Assembly (NCBI RefSeq): GCF_964204645.1
Contig: NC_134034.1
Span: 7,512,862 to 7,576,861 of the forward strand
Direction: 5' to 3'
Length of the DNA stretch: 64,000 nucleotides
Source: Tubulanus polymorphus
Lineage: Eukaryota; Animalia; Nemertea
Shown here: in pieces, positions 24,934-35,750 of the stretch
Layout: each line of letters begins with the position of its first letter
Position numbering within the stretch: the stretch's first letter is position 1
The notes under the pieces: model-generated
Told to the model about the DNA's origin: nothing
Seen by the model: the letters and a program-made list of their open reading frames with translations, nothing else
Databases searched by the model: none
Translations under genes and position numbers: made by a program

Positions 24934-25270
24934 TGTATTGCGCAATAACCGGTCCGATTGAACCGTTTTTCTATTGTTCTCCATTGTTCTATTATTGATC
25001 GTTGTTAATGGCGGCGGTTGTTCTGTATTGATTGTTTACGTGTGTAACTGTGTATTGCGCAATAACCGGTCCGATTGGACTGCTTTTCTATTGTTCTCCA
25101 TTGTTCTACTATTGATCGTTGTTGACTGAAACAGCTGCTCAATATTGATTGGTTACAGTTCTATGTTTGAATGTTGTAGTTTACAGAATAAAAATATAAC
25201 TTTGTATTGCGCAATAACCGGTCCGATTGGACCGCATTTCTATTGTTCTCCATTGTTCTATTATCGATCG
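24934..25270. repeat. Three ~70-bp repeats containing palindromes TATTGCGCAATA and CGGTCCGATTGGACCG, separated by unequal spacers
   Basis: Copies at ~24934, 25051 and 25203. Confidence 0.85.
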
Positions 25271-25679
25271 CTAAAATTTACATAATAAATATATGTGTTT
25301 ATGAAATAATATTTCCACCAGTCGTTTCTTTGAATTTATTTTCAGCTTGAGGATTTATTATCGAGAATCCGAAATGACTTATCTGAACAGTTATAGTTAC
25401 CGCTCCTATAGATAGACAATAGTAGTGAGATATTAAATCCTAATTTAAATAAAAAGTATTTAAAAAACAATAACTTCAACTAGCTAGTGAATTCTATTAT
25501 ATTTTTAATATTTTCTTTTGGTAATTCTAATTGACACTAAATTGAATAGGTTTTGAATAGATTTGAATAGAAATTCTTTAACTTTAACTAACCTAGTCAA
25601 TTTAGTATTTACCCAAAGAGATACTAGTATCATTTTATAATACTTATAATATTTTTATTATTAAATTTCTCTAATATAA

Positions 25680-26288
25680 ATGTCAAAGAAATCGAGTAAG
25701 AATAGTATTGATATTGAAAAAACATTAGATGATTTGGGCATAAGTGATAATAAAGATACAGTTGTAACTAATTGTGCTCAAGTTAATTGTAATATAGATT
25801 ATGAATACTATTTATATTGTAAGCATCATCTAGAACTATTGATTGCCGGTGGAAAAACTAAGGATTTCTTGGGGAAAATAATAACTTTTCAAGAATTAGA
25901 TGCTATGAAACCCGATAAAGTAATAAAATATTTTAAGATTTATGAAGAAGCAAGATTAGCCTGAATAAATGATTCTATTTCAGATGGTATTGTCAAATGT
26001 TATTCTAAATTATGTAACCAGTTAATACCAATTGATGATGAAAATAAATTATATAGTGATTTGAAAAATGACTACTTAGTTATGACTGAATTACAAAAAT
26101 GGGTTGGTTATGCTTCATTTCAATTAGGATCGGTTATGACATTAATTTCTACTGGTGTCATAACATTTTCGAACATCAAGCCTATGGAATATAAATCAGG
26201 TAAGAATGAAACAGATGACGCTGTACTACAACCGAACGTCGAAACAGAAAATGAATCAGAACAAAAATTAACTAAAATAAATGAGTGA
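25680..26288 (+). pseudogene. Homolog of 9199-9801 with a premature TGA at 25962
   Basis: Copy A has Arg at this position. Confidence 0.8.
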
Positions 26289-26646
26289 TGGCGTTAAGAA
26301 AAAGGCTAGATCCGAGAAACAAATTAAATGGGCAAGAGAATTAGGTAAAAGATCTGCAGAATTAAAAAAAGCTAAGAAAAAGAAATTAACTGATATAAAT
26401 GAATCACAGACTTTATCTGATATTGATTCAAATAATAATCCATCTGATTCTTCTAATGCTGGAAGTAATTATAAATTATATATTTCAATTGGATTAGTAA
26501 CAGTTATTATATTATCCGGTGTAATATATAAATTAAAATTCAAATCTGATGATAATGATTCCGATGATAATAAACCTATCATACCAGAAAATAAGTCAAA
26601 TCATAAAGTCATTGAAACTAAATCTAAATTATTATTAATGGATTAA
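26281..26646 (+). CDS. Small basic single-pass membrane protein
   Basis: Homolog of 8838-9206. Confidence 0.75.
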   Translation: MSDGVKKKARSEKQIKWARELGKRSAELKKAKKKKLTDINESQTLSDIDSNNNPSDSSNAGSNYKLYISIGLVTVIILSGVIYKLKFKSDDNDSDDNKPIIPENKSNHKVIETKSKLLLMD

Positions 26647-26652
26647 AATAAG

Positions 26653-27795
26653 ATGAAAAAAGAACAATATTTAAGAGATTTATATTATAACCCAGAGAGT
26701 GAAGTATCATATTCTATTGTTTCAGAATTATGGGATAGAATTAAATCTGATAATGAAAATGGTGCCGTATGGCACCCACATGGTGATATAAAATATAGTG
26801 AACTAAGATTATGGTTACAAAATCAACCAACATATCAAATTCATAAGAAAATGGATAAAACTTATTTAACATGAAAAGTTATGGTTTCATATATCGATCA
26901 ACAATGGCAAGCAGATTTAATTGACATGAAGAACTTAGAAGAATACAACAAAGGATATTTCTGGATATTAAATGTTATAGACATATTCAGTAGATACGCA
27001 TGGTCAATTCCAATAAAAAATAAAACTGGTATAGAAGTGACAAATGCTTTTAAATCTATATTTAAAGAAGCAATTCCAGATAAGATACAATTTGATGAAG
27101 GTAAGGAATTCTATAACAAACATTTCAAAAAACTATTATCTGATAACGATGTAGAATATTTTTCAACACACTCAGATAAAAAAGCATCTATTATAGAAAG
27201 ATTTAATAAAACATTGAAAACTAGAATGTGGAAATATTTTACTGCTAATGAAACATATAAATATATCGATGAGTCTATAAATATATTCGATGATTTGGTG
27301 AAAGGTTATAATAATTCTAAACATAGTTCTATAAATATGAAACCTATACAAGCTAGAAAAGAAGATAATTCAGAAATAGTTTGGAATAATTTATATGGAG
27401 CATTTGTTACACATGATTTCGGTGAACCTAAATTTAAAATTGGACAACACGTAAGAATATCTAAATATAGAAAAACATTTTATAAAGGTTATACTCCAAA
27501 TTTTACTGAAGAAATATTCAAGATTAAAAAGATAATATTAACTAAACCATTTGTTTATAAATTAGAAGATTTAAAAGATGAAGAAATATTAGGTTATTTC
27601 TATGAACAAGAATTATCACTTGTACCAAATCCAGATGAAATAGAATACAAAATAGAAAAAGTATTGAAAAGAAAAACTCTAAAAGGAAAAAAGTATTCTT
27701 TGGTGAAATATAAATGATATGATGATAAATTTAATGAATGGATTTTATCTAGTAAAATTAAAAGAATAAATGAATACAGATTTATTTATATTCGA
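26653..27795 (+). CDS. int: rve integrase with chromodomain, with in-frame TGA at 26872-26874 and 27715-27717
   Basis: DDE motifs as in copy A; LRDLYYNP N-terminus typical of Polinton integrases; chromodomain continues YDDKFNEWI after the second TGA. Confidence 0.92.
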
Positions 27796-28381
27796 ACCGC
27801 ATAATATGTTAGTTACTGGTGTAACCAATTGTGGTAAAACACATTTCATATTAGACTTGTTAGAAACTATTTATAAGAATCATTTTGATAATATAATATT
27901 ATTCTGTCCTACTTATGAAATGAATAAAACATATAATAGAGATATAGTTAAGATGAAAAAGTTTATTATATTAGATCCTAAAACAGTAAAAGAAAATTTA
28001 GATAATTGTATAAAAATAGCAATTGATACTTATAAAGGATCAAATACATTATTCATTATAGATGATTGTGCTAATCTACATGATTCAAAAGTGAGAGAAA
28101 GTGAGTTATGTTATCTAGCTTTCTCTGGAAGACATTTTGGGATAACAACATGGGTTTTAAATCAAAAATATAATTCAATTATTAAAGACTTTAGAGAGAA
28201 TATAAGATTTCTAGTTTTATTCTACAATAAAGTTAGAAAATCTATGCAACAATCATTGGAAGAAAATCAAATTATACCAACTGAATTACATGATGAATAT
28301 ATGAATAAATTAAAGAATAATAAAGGTTCAAAATTATTACTGAGATTACAATTTCCATATGAATATAAATTTATAAAATAA
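27770..28381 (+). CDS. A32/FtsK-HerA DNA packaging ATPase
   Basis: Walker A GVTNCGKT, Walker B LFIIDD, SGRH arginine-finger motif, NQK, REN. Confidence 0.92.
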   Translation: MNTDLFIFEPHNMLVTGVTNCGKTHFILDLLETIYKNHFDNIILFCPTYEMNKTYNRDIVKMKKFIILDPKTVKENLDNCIKIAIDTYKGSNTLFIIDDCANLHDSKVRESELCYLAFSGRHFGITTWVLNQKYNSIIKDFRENIRFLVLFYNKVRKSMQQSLEENQIIPTELHDEYMNKLKNNKGSKLLLRLQFPYEYKFIK

Positions 28382-28497
28382 CTATTTATATACCTATGTA
28401 TTAGATAACCTAATACCTGATACCCTATTAGATACCTTAAATACTTAAAACCCCCTTTTTATTTACTATTATTTTATACAATTTTCAACCTTTATTA

Positions 28498-29382
28498 TTA
28501 TTTGATTGTTAGATAATTAATTTCTGAATCACTTTCATCATCACTCTCCAATTCATTATCAGGCCCTAACAATTTATTCAAATGCTCTACCGTATCTTCA
28601 TAAATAATTGGTTTATTGATATACTTATTAGGCATCTCAACTATATCTTTATTTTCTGATATAAGTTTCATAGAATCTTTATTATCAATGCGCTTTCCTG
28701 TATTTTCATTATCATCTTTATTAGTGTTTGTTCCTAATATTTCATTTACAGTGTTTGATCCTAATATTTCATTAGCATCGGTTAAATCTAATTCATTTTT
28801 ATTAGGTGTTGCTAATAAAAAGTCTTCATATAATTCTTTACCATTTACTTTTTTATTTGAAACAAATTTTGTAACATATCTAAATGGGTGTTCTATAAAT
28901 TCTCTTAAACCAACGCGTTCTATAACATTAGTAATATGTGAATTTGTATTCATATGTTTATTCCAATTTGATGGAGCGTTTGAAAATTCACCTTTACAAT
29001 AATCACAATAATTTCTATTTTTACTAACATTTAATATTATTGCATTATTATATGTAGAAGGTATTACATTATTTGATGTAGAGGGTATTACATTATTAGA
29101 TGTAGTAGGTATTACATTATTAGATGTAGAAGGTATTACATTATTAGATGTATTAGGTATTACATTATTAGATGTAGAAGGTATTACATTATTATCAATT
29201 ACATTACATAAATTATCAACAACTTCACTTTTATTATTATCGATTTCTATTAGTTTAGTTTTATAAATTTTGAAAATAGGATCAAATATCAAAGCTATAT
29301 TACAAGGTATTACATAATATAAACCATCATTATTTTCATGTGTATCGATGTATGGAATATGTTTATATACTTTACCTTCCAT
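28498..29382 (-). CDS. Variable-slot protein with NNVIPSTS repeats and one zinc-finger-like motif
   Basis: 294 aa; 24-bp tandem repeat at ~29045-29200; YCDYCKG..WNKHMNTNSH. Confidence 0.7.
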   Translation of the reverse strand: MEGKVYKHIPYIDTHENNDGLYYVIPCNIALIFDPIFKIYKTKLIEIDNNKSEVVDNLCNVIDNNVIPSTSNNVIPNTSNNVIPSTSNNVIPTTSNNVIPSTSNNVIPSTYNNAIILNVSKNRNYCDYCKGEFSNAPSNWNKHMNTNSHITNVIERVGLREFIEHPFRYVTKFVSNKKVNGKELYEDFLLATPNKNELDLTDANEILGSNTVNEILGTNTNKDDNENTGKRIDNKDSMKLISENKDIVEMPNKYINKPIIYEDTVEHLNKLLGPDNELESDDESDSEINYLTIK

Positions 29383-29414
29383 TTATTATATAAATTTTCA
29401 TTAAAGTTAAAATT

Positions 29415-30667
29415 TTAATACATAACACTATTTAATTGAGAATTTACAATATTTAATTGCGCGTCAGATATAATATAAATGTGCATTTTAAAATTTTTGA
29501 TTCCTTTTTTTTTTGTCATGAATAATTGTATTCCATCTTTAGTGTTTTGTAGTTTTTTTCCAGAACCATGTAATGAATTATCCTCTGTTGTTCTAAAATC
29601 TAACCATAATGCATATTTATTACCGGTATAATAATCAATTTGATTAATATTACAATTTTCAGATGATTTCACTTTTTCATTCGTAAAATGTTTTCTAATT
29701 TCTGGCCATTGATCTATCATTCTCATTCCTTGACAAAATATTTTATTTGCTATTCCTTCGATAGTTATTTCTACTTATGTTATTTCAGGATTATAATAAT
29801 TATCAACATTTATTGCGCCATAAGTATATGTTGCAATGGTAAAAAATATTAATATACCTTTAATAGATCTTCTTGGGAAGTTAATATTCTCATTAATAAT
29901 TTCATCATTTGCATTAATAGTTACAGTTTTAAATTTATCAATATAATCATATAATAATGAAAATCCTTGATTGTATTTAGTTTGAATTATACTTGAAATA
30001 TTTTCATCAGTTACTGTATCATATTCTAAACATATATAGGTATATGGCCTATATTCGATAATTTATAACTCATATCTTTATTAACGCTAGATATTACAAT
30101 TTCATTTACAGGAGCAAATGTTATTTCGAATATAACCTCTTCTTGAATTGCGTATTTATATAAAGGTGCATTGTCAAAGTCTAATGGAATTTTATATTTG
30201 CTTCCATATATACTTTTTATCAATTTATCTACAGCATTAGTTAATATTGCGCTATTAGCTTCTGATCTTAATTTATTTTGGTTTTCTGATTGGATTCCTT
30301 GAAATATCATATTATTTCTATTTTCTTTAGTTAACCATAAATCTTTATAATGCATAAATAAATTATAATCATCTAATGAGAAAACTGTTTCTGGACCAAT
30401 CTTTATTGTTAACTTTTTAATCAAATATCTCCCAACATTATCGACAACATAATTATTATTATTACCGATTACTTTTATATCGGCTGATAAATAAATACTA
30501 TTTGGAACATAAAATGTATTTTGTGTTAATCGACGGATTCTAACATATAAAGTTTCATCGGGATTAATATTAGAAGGGTTATGAGTAATTATATGATGTG
30601 ATCTTTCTGCTTTAATAGCATTAGATATTCTATGATTCTTAGAAGGATTGATATAACTCCCACTCAT
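29415..30667 (-). pseudogene. Probable major capsid protein (copy B; insertion near 30040, stop near 29777)
   Basis: Near-identical to 3976-5224. Confidence 0.7.
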
Positions 30668-30687
30668 TTATTTAACAAAAAAATTAA

Positions 30688-32145
30688 TTATTTATTTTTT
30701 ATCATGTTTACTAATCCAAAAATAATTGCACTTACAACTGTAATTAAAAATAAAATAATATATTCAGCAGCAAAGTTAAGAATATTCCCAGCAGGTTTCA
30801 ATATAAAACCAACAATTGATGCAATAACTCCTGGCAATGCTGCAGCAGATTTTTTAGATAGTTCCCATAAATATTTTGCTAATTTCTTTAAACCATCCTT
30901 AACTTTATCTTGTATAGAATTATTATCATTCGGGGGTTTATCTGGTTTGTTAGGTGTAGGAGTAGATTTCAAAGCATTTGATATTGCTAAACCAATTGTT
31001 GTAAATAACATAGTTACTGCTGTTAGAATTGAAAGAATTGTTATTCCTTCAAACTTAAATAATAATTTTATTCTATCTTTCAATGATATTCTAGAATCTG
31101 GTTTGATTAGATATCTTTTAAAAACATCTTTTAATCTATCAATATTATAATCATATGATTTTAATAATAATTTAATTTCTTCTTTTTGTAATTCTATGTT
31201 ATATTCTAAATCATCTTTTTCTTTTTCTAAACGTAATTCTTTTTGCCTATATTCTATTTCATCAATAACTTTATTATCTCTATCTTATTTTGATTGTTCT
31301 ATTTCTTTATTTTTATCAGTTAATTCTTTTTCTAAAAATCTAATTTTAAAATCTCTTATACTTTTATCATGCATAATTTTACCAGATGCATGTCTTATAC
31401 TAATAATTTCTCTAATTGCTTTATCAGAAAATATATCTAAATCTTCTAATTGTTGATCTGTTGCATCAAGTAATCCCTTCGGTAAAAGTTTTTCAGTTTG
31501 AACTTCTCTTGAATTAGGTCTACTAGTTTTGGAAGTTATATTCTGTTCAGAACTTGTTTCTGGTTCTAAATTATTATCGATTGTTTCAAATAATTCATTA
31601 ATTCTTTGTTTAAATACTCTTTCATTTTTAATAATTTCTTCTTGTGTTACATCTTCTATTTCATTACTATTTCTTATTATTTTAATTCTATATAGTAATG
31701 AGTCAGACTTAAGCAAAGTTGATTCTGCTAATATTTTGTTTTGTTTTTCATAAGAGATATCAATATAATAATCATCTTTCAAACGATAACAATATTCACC
31801 ATCTAAAAACTTTAATTCTTTTACTAAAAGTCTGGCACCTCTATCATTGATATTATATCCAGATTCTTCAAATACATGTTTGAAATTATAAATATATTCA
31901 TAATATTCTAAATTTTCCTTTAATAAACCTGGATTTTCATTTTCAATAGGTATTCTCGATCTAGTTCTTCTATCAAATTCATCTGTTGATGGGGCTTTAG
32001 AACCACTATCTGCTAAATTGGAATTATATGCTGATTCATTACCATCATCAATATTAGTTTCTGCATCATTATAATCATCATCAATATATCCTTCATTATT
32101 AATTCCCATTTCTCCCATTTCATAATCTTCTCCGCCTTCTGCCAT
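30688..32145 (-). pseudogene. Coiled-coil/membrane protein (frameshift near 31285)
   Basis: Homolog of 2489-3889. Confidence 0.75.
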
Positions 32146-32161
32146 TTACATAATAAAAAAA

Positions 32162-33098
32162 TTAAAATTTAAAATATAATATTCCTCCGATTACAATTCA
32201 TATACAAGTTATAGCTAATTTAGTATTTTCATGGGATTTATTATCATCATTTAGTTTAATTATATCATGTTGAATATTATCAGTTTTTATATTTTCTGAT
32301 GTATTGTAATCTTTTATTTTAGAATCATTATTTAATTTAATATTATTAGTTTTAGTTTCTGTTGATTGAATGTGTTTTTTATTTTTTTCACCTTCCATTA
32401 ATTTTGGAGCAGTAATAATCTTTTTATTTATATCATTAAATCCAAATGAATTATTTATTGTTGCAGTTTTAATTAGATTAGTATAACCAATTATGTTTCC
32501 CATCTTTAATACTAAATCATTAGAAATAATTAATAGATTAGGGCCTATACAATAATTTAGTCTTACATGTGATTAATCTAAATAATTTTGATATCTTACA
32601 ATGTTTTCTGGAATAGATCTATTTTTATCATTATGAATGGAATCTTCAAATAAAACTTTAAATTGTTTTTGTGTATCGAATGAAGTATTTAAATTTCCAA
32701 TTATCGGTGATCTTGTTTCAACTTATGTATGTATGAAATCTGAATAACCTTTGAATTAGTTTATATTTAGAATTATTCAAATGATCATTCCAACTAATTC
32801 CACATCCTGTTGTTGCGCGATAAACAGCAAAATTTAATTGGTTCTGCCAATACTTCATATTAGATTTTAATAACCATTGTTTTTCATCTTTCAATTTTTT
32901 AAAATCAATTAAATATACATGAAATATATTTTCCATCTTTGCATTAAAATTATTAGTTTCAGTAACATAAATTTCTAAATTAGTTAATGAATCTAAAACT
33001 TCATTTCTATACGTAATATCTTTATTAAAATCTATTGCTGGAATATTATATTTAATTGATTTATTATATTGGAAAGCTTTTGGAAAACTATCTACCAT
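32162..33098 (-). pseudogene. Homolog of 15-1398 with an internal deletion
   Basis: FRFHTY is joined almost directly to VETRSP; ~450 bp missing relative to copy A. Confidence 0.75.
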
Positions 33099-33549
33099 TT
33101 ATATAATTAAAAAATTGATAATTTATTAATTCTTTTAATAATTTATCTTGTTCTTCAACTGTTATATGGCCATTTAAACTTATTATATAATCTAGTGTAT
33201 TCTTTAATTTATTAATTTCTTTTATATTAGTTTTAATTTTTTCTTTATTACTTTTTATATCTAATTTTGAACTTATACCAGTTAAAACACTTGATGATAA
33301 TCCTAATACACCAATTGATATAGCTAAAGGTGTTAATGGTGAAAATATTGCTAGAAATGTTATTACAGAACTAATTGTAACCGAACCACTTATAATCAAA
33401 TAATATATAATTTTACTTTTTAAATATTTTTTCTTTTTTATCTTTAAGTCACTTTCAAATTCTAATATTTGTTTTTCTAAATATGTTTTTAATTTAGTTT
33501 TATTTATATCATGAGGAATAATATCAATATTTTCAACTTTATCTTCCAT
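33088..33549 (-). CDS. Two-TM membrane protein
   Basis: IIYYLIISGSVTISSVITFLAIF and LAISIGVLGLSSSVLTGI; TAAATG start. Confidence 0.7.
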   Translation of the reverse strand: MEDKVENIDIIPHDINKTKLKTYLEKQILEFESDLKIKKKKYLKSKIIYYLIISGSVTISSVITFLAIFSPLTPLAISIGVLGLSSSVLTGISSKLDIKSNKEKIKTNIKEINKLKNTLDYIISLNGHITVEEQDKLLKELINYQFFNYINGR

Positions 33550-33569
33550 TTATTTAGCAAAAAAAATTA

Positions 33570-33987
33570 CTAATTAGTAAATTTATATGCTACAAATATA
33601 ACAACAACAGTTCCACCTAAAATCCAAATTATTTCATATTTCTGTTGTTCTTTACTTGGGGTATAATAATCTGATAATTTAGGTTTGTATAGATTTTTCT
33701 TTATTGGTTACCGCGTTATATAAACTCATTGCATCATCAACTGATTGAAAATCTCTATGTGAAATCTTCTGATCATATAATTCTTTATTGATGTAATCCA
33801 TATAGTTTTGTCTTTTTTCTCTATATTCTTCTGCTGCTTTATTGTATTTCTCTAATGCTAAGTTATGTCTTCTTTGTTCTCCTAATGAACTATTTTTATC
33901 AATATGCTTAAATAAATAACCACCACCAGTAAATGCTAAAGCGTTAACAATTGCCGATCCTATAATAGTTATAATTGCAGAAGCCAT
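33570..33987 (-). pseudogene. Small membrane protein (frameshift near 33685)
   Basis: Hydrophobic N-terminus MASAIITIIGSAIVNALAFTGGGYLF. The shifted frame continues PKLSDYYTPSKEQQKYEIIWILGGTVVVVFVAYKF. Confidence 0.65.
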
Positions 33988-34011
33988 TTATTTAGCAAAA
34001 AAATTATGCAT

Positions 34012-34233
34012 TTATATGGGAGGAATATATTTTTGTTTTTCCAAATAATCAATAGTTAAATTAGATAAAGTAACTGCTAATATTAATTTTAGAATATCAT
34101 TTATATCAAATCTATCAACATTAACACTTCCCATTTTGAATACTTTTTTTAATACCATTGAATAACCAACAGTTCCAACTGATAGTAATGCGCCATTATA
34201 TAATCCAGTTATTATCCACTTATTATCACTCAT
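34012..34233 (-). CDS. Small hydrophobic protein
   Basis: 73 aa, two hydrophobic helices, TAAATG start. Confidence 0.65.
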   Translation of the reverse strand: MSDNKWIITGLYNGALLSVGTVGYSMVLKKVFKMGSVNVDRFDINDILKLILAVTLSNLTIDYLEKQKYIPPI

Positions 34234-34590
34234 TTATTTATCAAAAAAATTACTATCATCAAAATATTTAGTTAACTTATTTATGATTAATTCAACATTT
34301 ATTTTATTACTAGTTTCATTTGTATATATTTCAATTATTATTTTTTTAATATCATCGATGATAAAATCTTCATCTAATTCATAAAATCTTAAAGATTCTC
34401 TAATTAAATTAGTAATCTTTTCTACATTTAAAGTTTCTTTATCTATTGTTGTTTCATACTCAAATGTTGTTTCATTAGAAAATGCAATATTTTTAATATG
34501 TGTAATTACATCATTAATGTTAAATTCCATTTCTTTCTCATGTTTAAAATCAAACCCAAAACATATACTCGGTCCAACAGTTAGATTCAT
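34234..34590 (-). CDS. Hypothetical protein
   Basis: 118 aa; TAAATG start; tightly packed in the gene array. Confidence 0.6.
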   Translation of the reverse strand: MNLTVGPSICFGFDFKHEKEMEFNINDVITHIKNIAFSNETTFEYETTIDKETLNVEKITNLIRESLRFYELDEDFIIDDIKKIIIEIYTNETSNKINVELIINKLTKYFDDSNFFDK

Positions 34591-34606
34591 TTATATAATG
34601 AAAAAA

Positions 34607-35362
34607 TTACTCTCTACATCTTATAACTAATTCATAAATTACAGGAAAGTTATTCAAATCAATTAAATAACCATTAAGATTTCTTATTTCTAATTTAAAA
34701 TTATTGAATTTAGGAATGCATGGTTTGAAATCACATTCAGTTAAATTATAATTTATTTGAGTTCCAAATTGTTTAACATTTTTTAGCGGTAAAATATTTA
34801 ATATACTAGAACTACAAATTGATTCTTTAGTTGCTTCGAAAGTTTTTGTAGGCTCGATTAAATTGCAATAAATATAAAAGTGTGTAAAAGGTATTATATT
34901 TGAGCCGCCTTCTGCGTTTCCAGTAACTGTTAGCGGTTTAATTCCTAACATTTTAGCCAGTGGTTTGTTTACCATAAATTTATGTTGTTCATTAGATATC
35001 TTTATTCTAATTTTATTAGTACTATCAATTTTATTAAATTTAATTTCAAATACAGAAGTGCCTCCGATTTTCAACCGAGCTTTTCTATTAATTTCCTGCG
35101 CTAATGATTCTAAATTATATAATCCTGGTTTTAAAAATATATGAAACCATTTATCTTTATTTCTCATATAAATCATAAACCCTCTATGTTCAAAAGTTTT
35201 ATCTGATATATTATAAAAAGAATTACATAAACTTATATTTACTAATTTTAAATCAACACAATTCTTGAATTCTCTATCTAATTGTACTAGTAAATTATGA
35301 GATTTATAATTTGTAAGCCTTCTAGAATCTACAAATATTCTGTATTCTTTTAATTCTACCGT
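34607..35362 (-). CDS. Probable minor capsid (penton) protein; start codon reads ACG
   Basis: Open from TAAACG at 35362 (copy C has ATG GTT GAA TTA AAA here). PGLYNLESL, FYIYCNLI, LEIRNLNGYLIDLN fit the Polinton penton pattern. Confidence 0.7.
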   Translation of the reverse strand, partial: TVELKEYRIFVDSRRLTNYKSHNLLVQLDREFKNCVDLKLVNISLCNSFYNISDKTFEHRGFMIYMRNKDKWFHIFLKPGLYNLESLAQEINRKARLKIGGTSVFEIKFNKIDSTNKIRIKISNEQHKFMVNKPLAKMLGIKPLTVTGNAEGGSNIIPFTHFYIYCNLIEPTKTFEATKESICSSSILNILPLKNVKQFGTQINYNLTECDFKPCIPKFNNFKLEIRNLNGYLIDLNNFPVIYELVIRCRE

Positions 35363-35379
35363 TTATTTTACATATTTTC

Positions 35380-35721
35380 TTATTCGAAATCTATTTCATG
35401 GTGACCTTTTTCATTCTTACCTTTGTATACGAAATAGAAATCTCCAGAACATAATTCTTCTAGATCTTCACTTGATAATCTATGAAATCTATCTGGTAAA
35501 TATGTTCTAAATTTATATGTATTTCCTTTTAATCCTTCATATTCTAAGTGTATAACTAATTTATCTCCATAGTTATTAGTAACTGTATCAATATTTGTAA
35601 TTAGATATTTCTTATGGATTGTTAATTCTGTTAACTTTTTGAATCTATAATCTACAGATTTTACATTTGAAGTATCTTTTATTCTATTTAAGAATTCACT
35701 GTGTGCTTGTTTACTCTCCAT
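35380..35721 (-). CDS. Small protein, possibly OB-fold/ssDNA-binding
   Basis: FKKLTEL..Y.IT..T.YG..LPDRF pattern, immediately downstream of PolB. Function is inference. Confidence 0.45.
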   Translation of the reverse strand: MESKQAHSEFLNRIKDTSNVKSVDYRFKKLTELTIHKKYLITNIDTVTNNYGDKLVIHLEYEGLKGNTYKFRTYLPDRFHRLSSEDLEELCSGDFYFVYKGKNEKGHHEIDFE

Positions 35722-35750
35722 TTATAATACATAATTTTATTAAAATTTGA

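Noticed and set aside
24934-25270. CRISPR-like array
   Set aside because: Repeats are ~70 bp, spacers are unequal and partly similar to each other, there are no cas genes, and the context is eukaryotic.
26653-27795. Alternative genetic code (TGA as sense) for the whole element
   Set aside because: The two shared TGAs sit at expected Arg and Gly positions, Trp is encoded by TGG throughout, and other breaks are TAA or frameshifts.
1-33100. Copies A and B as a simple segmental inverted duplication
   Set aside because: Similarity stops exactly at the element termini, the flanks differ, and gene content differs at several slots.
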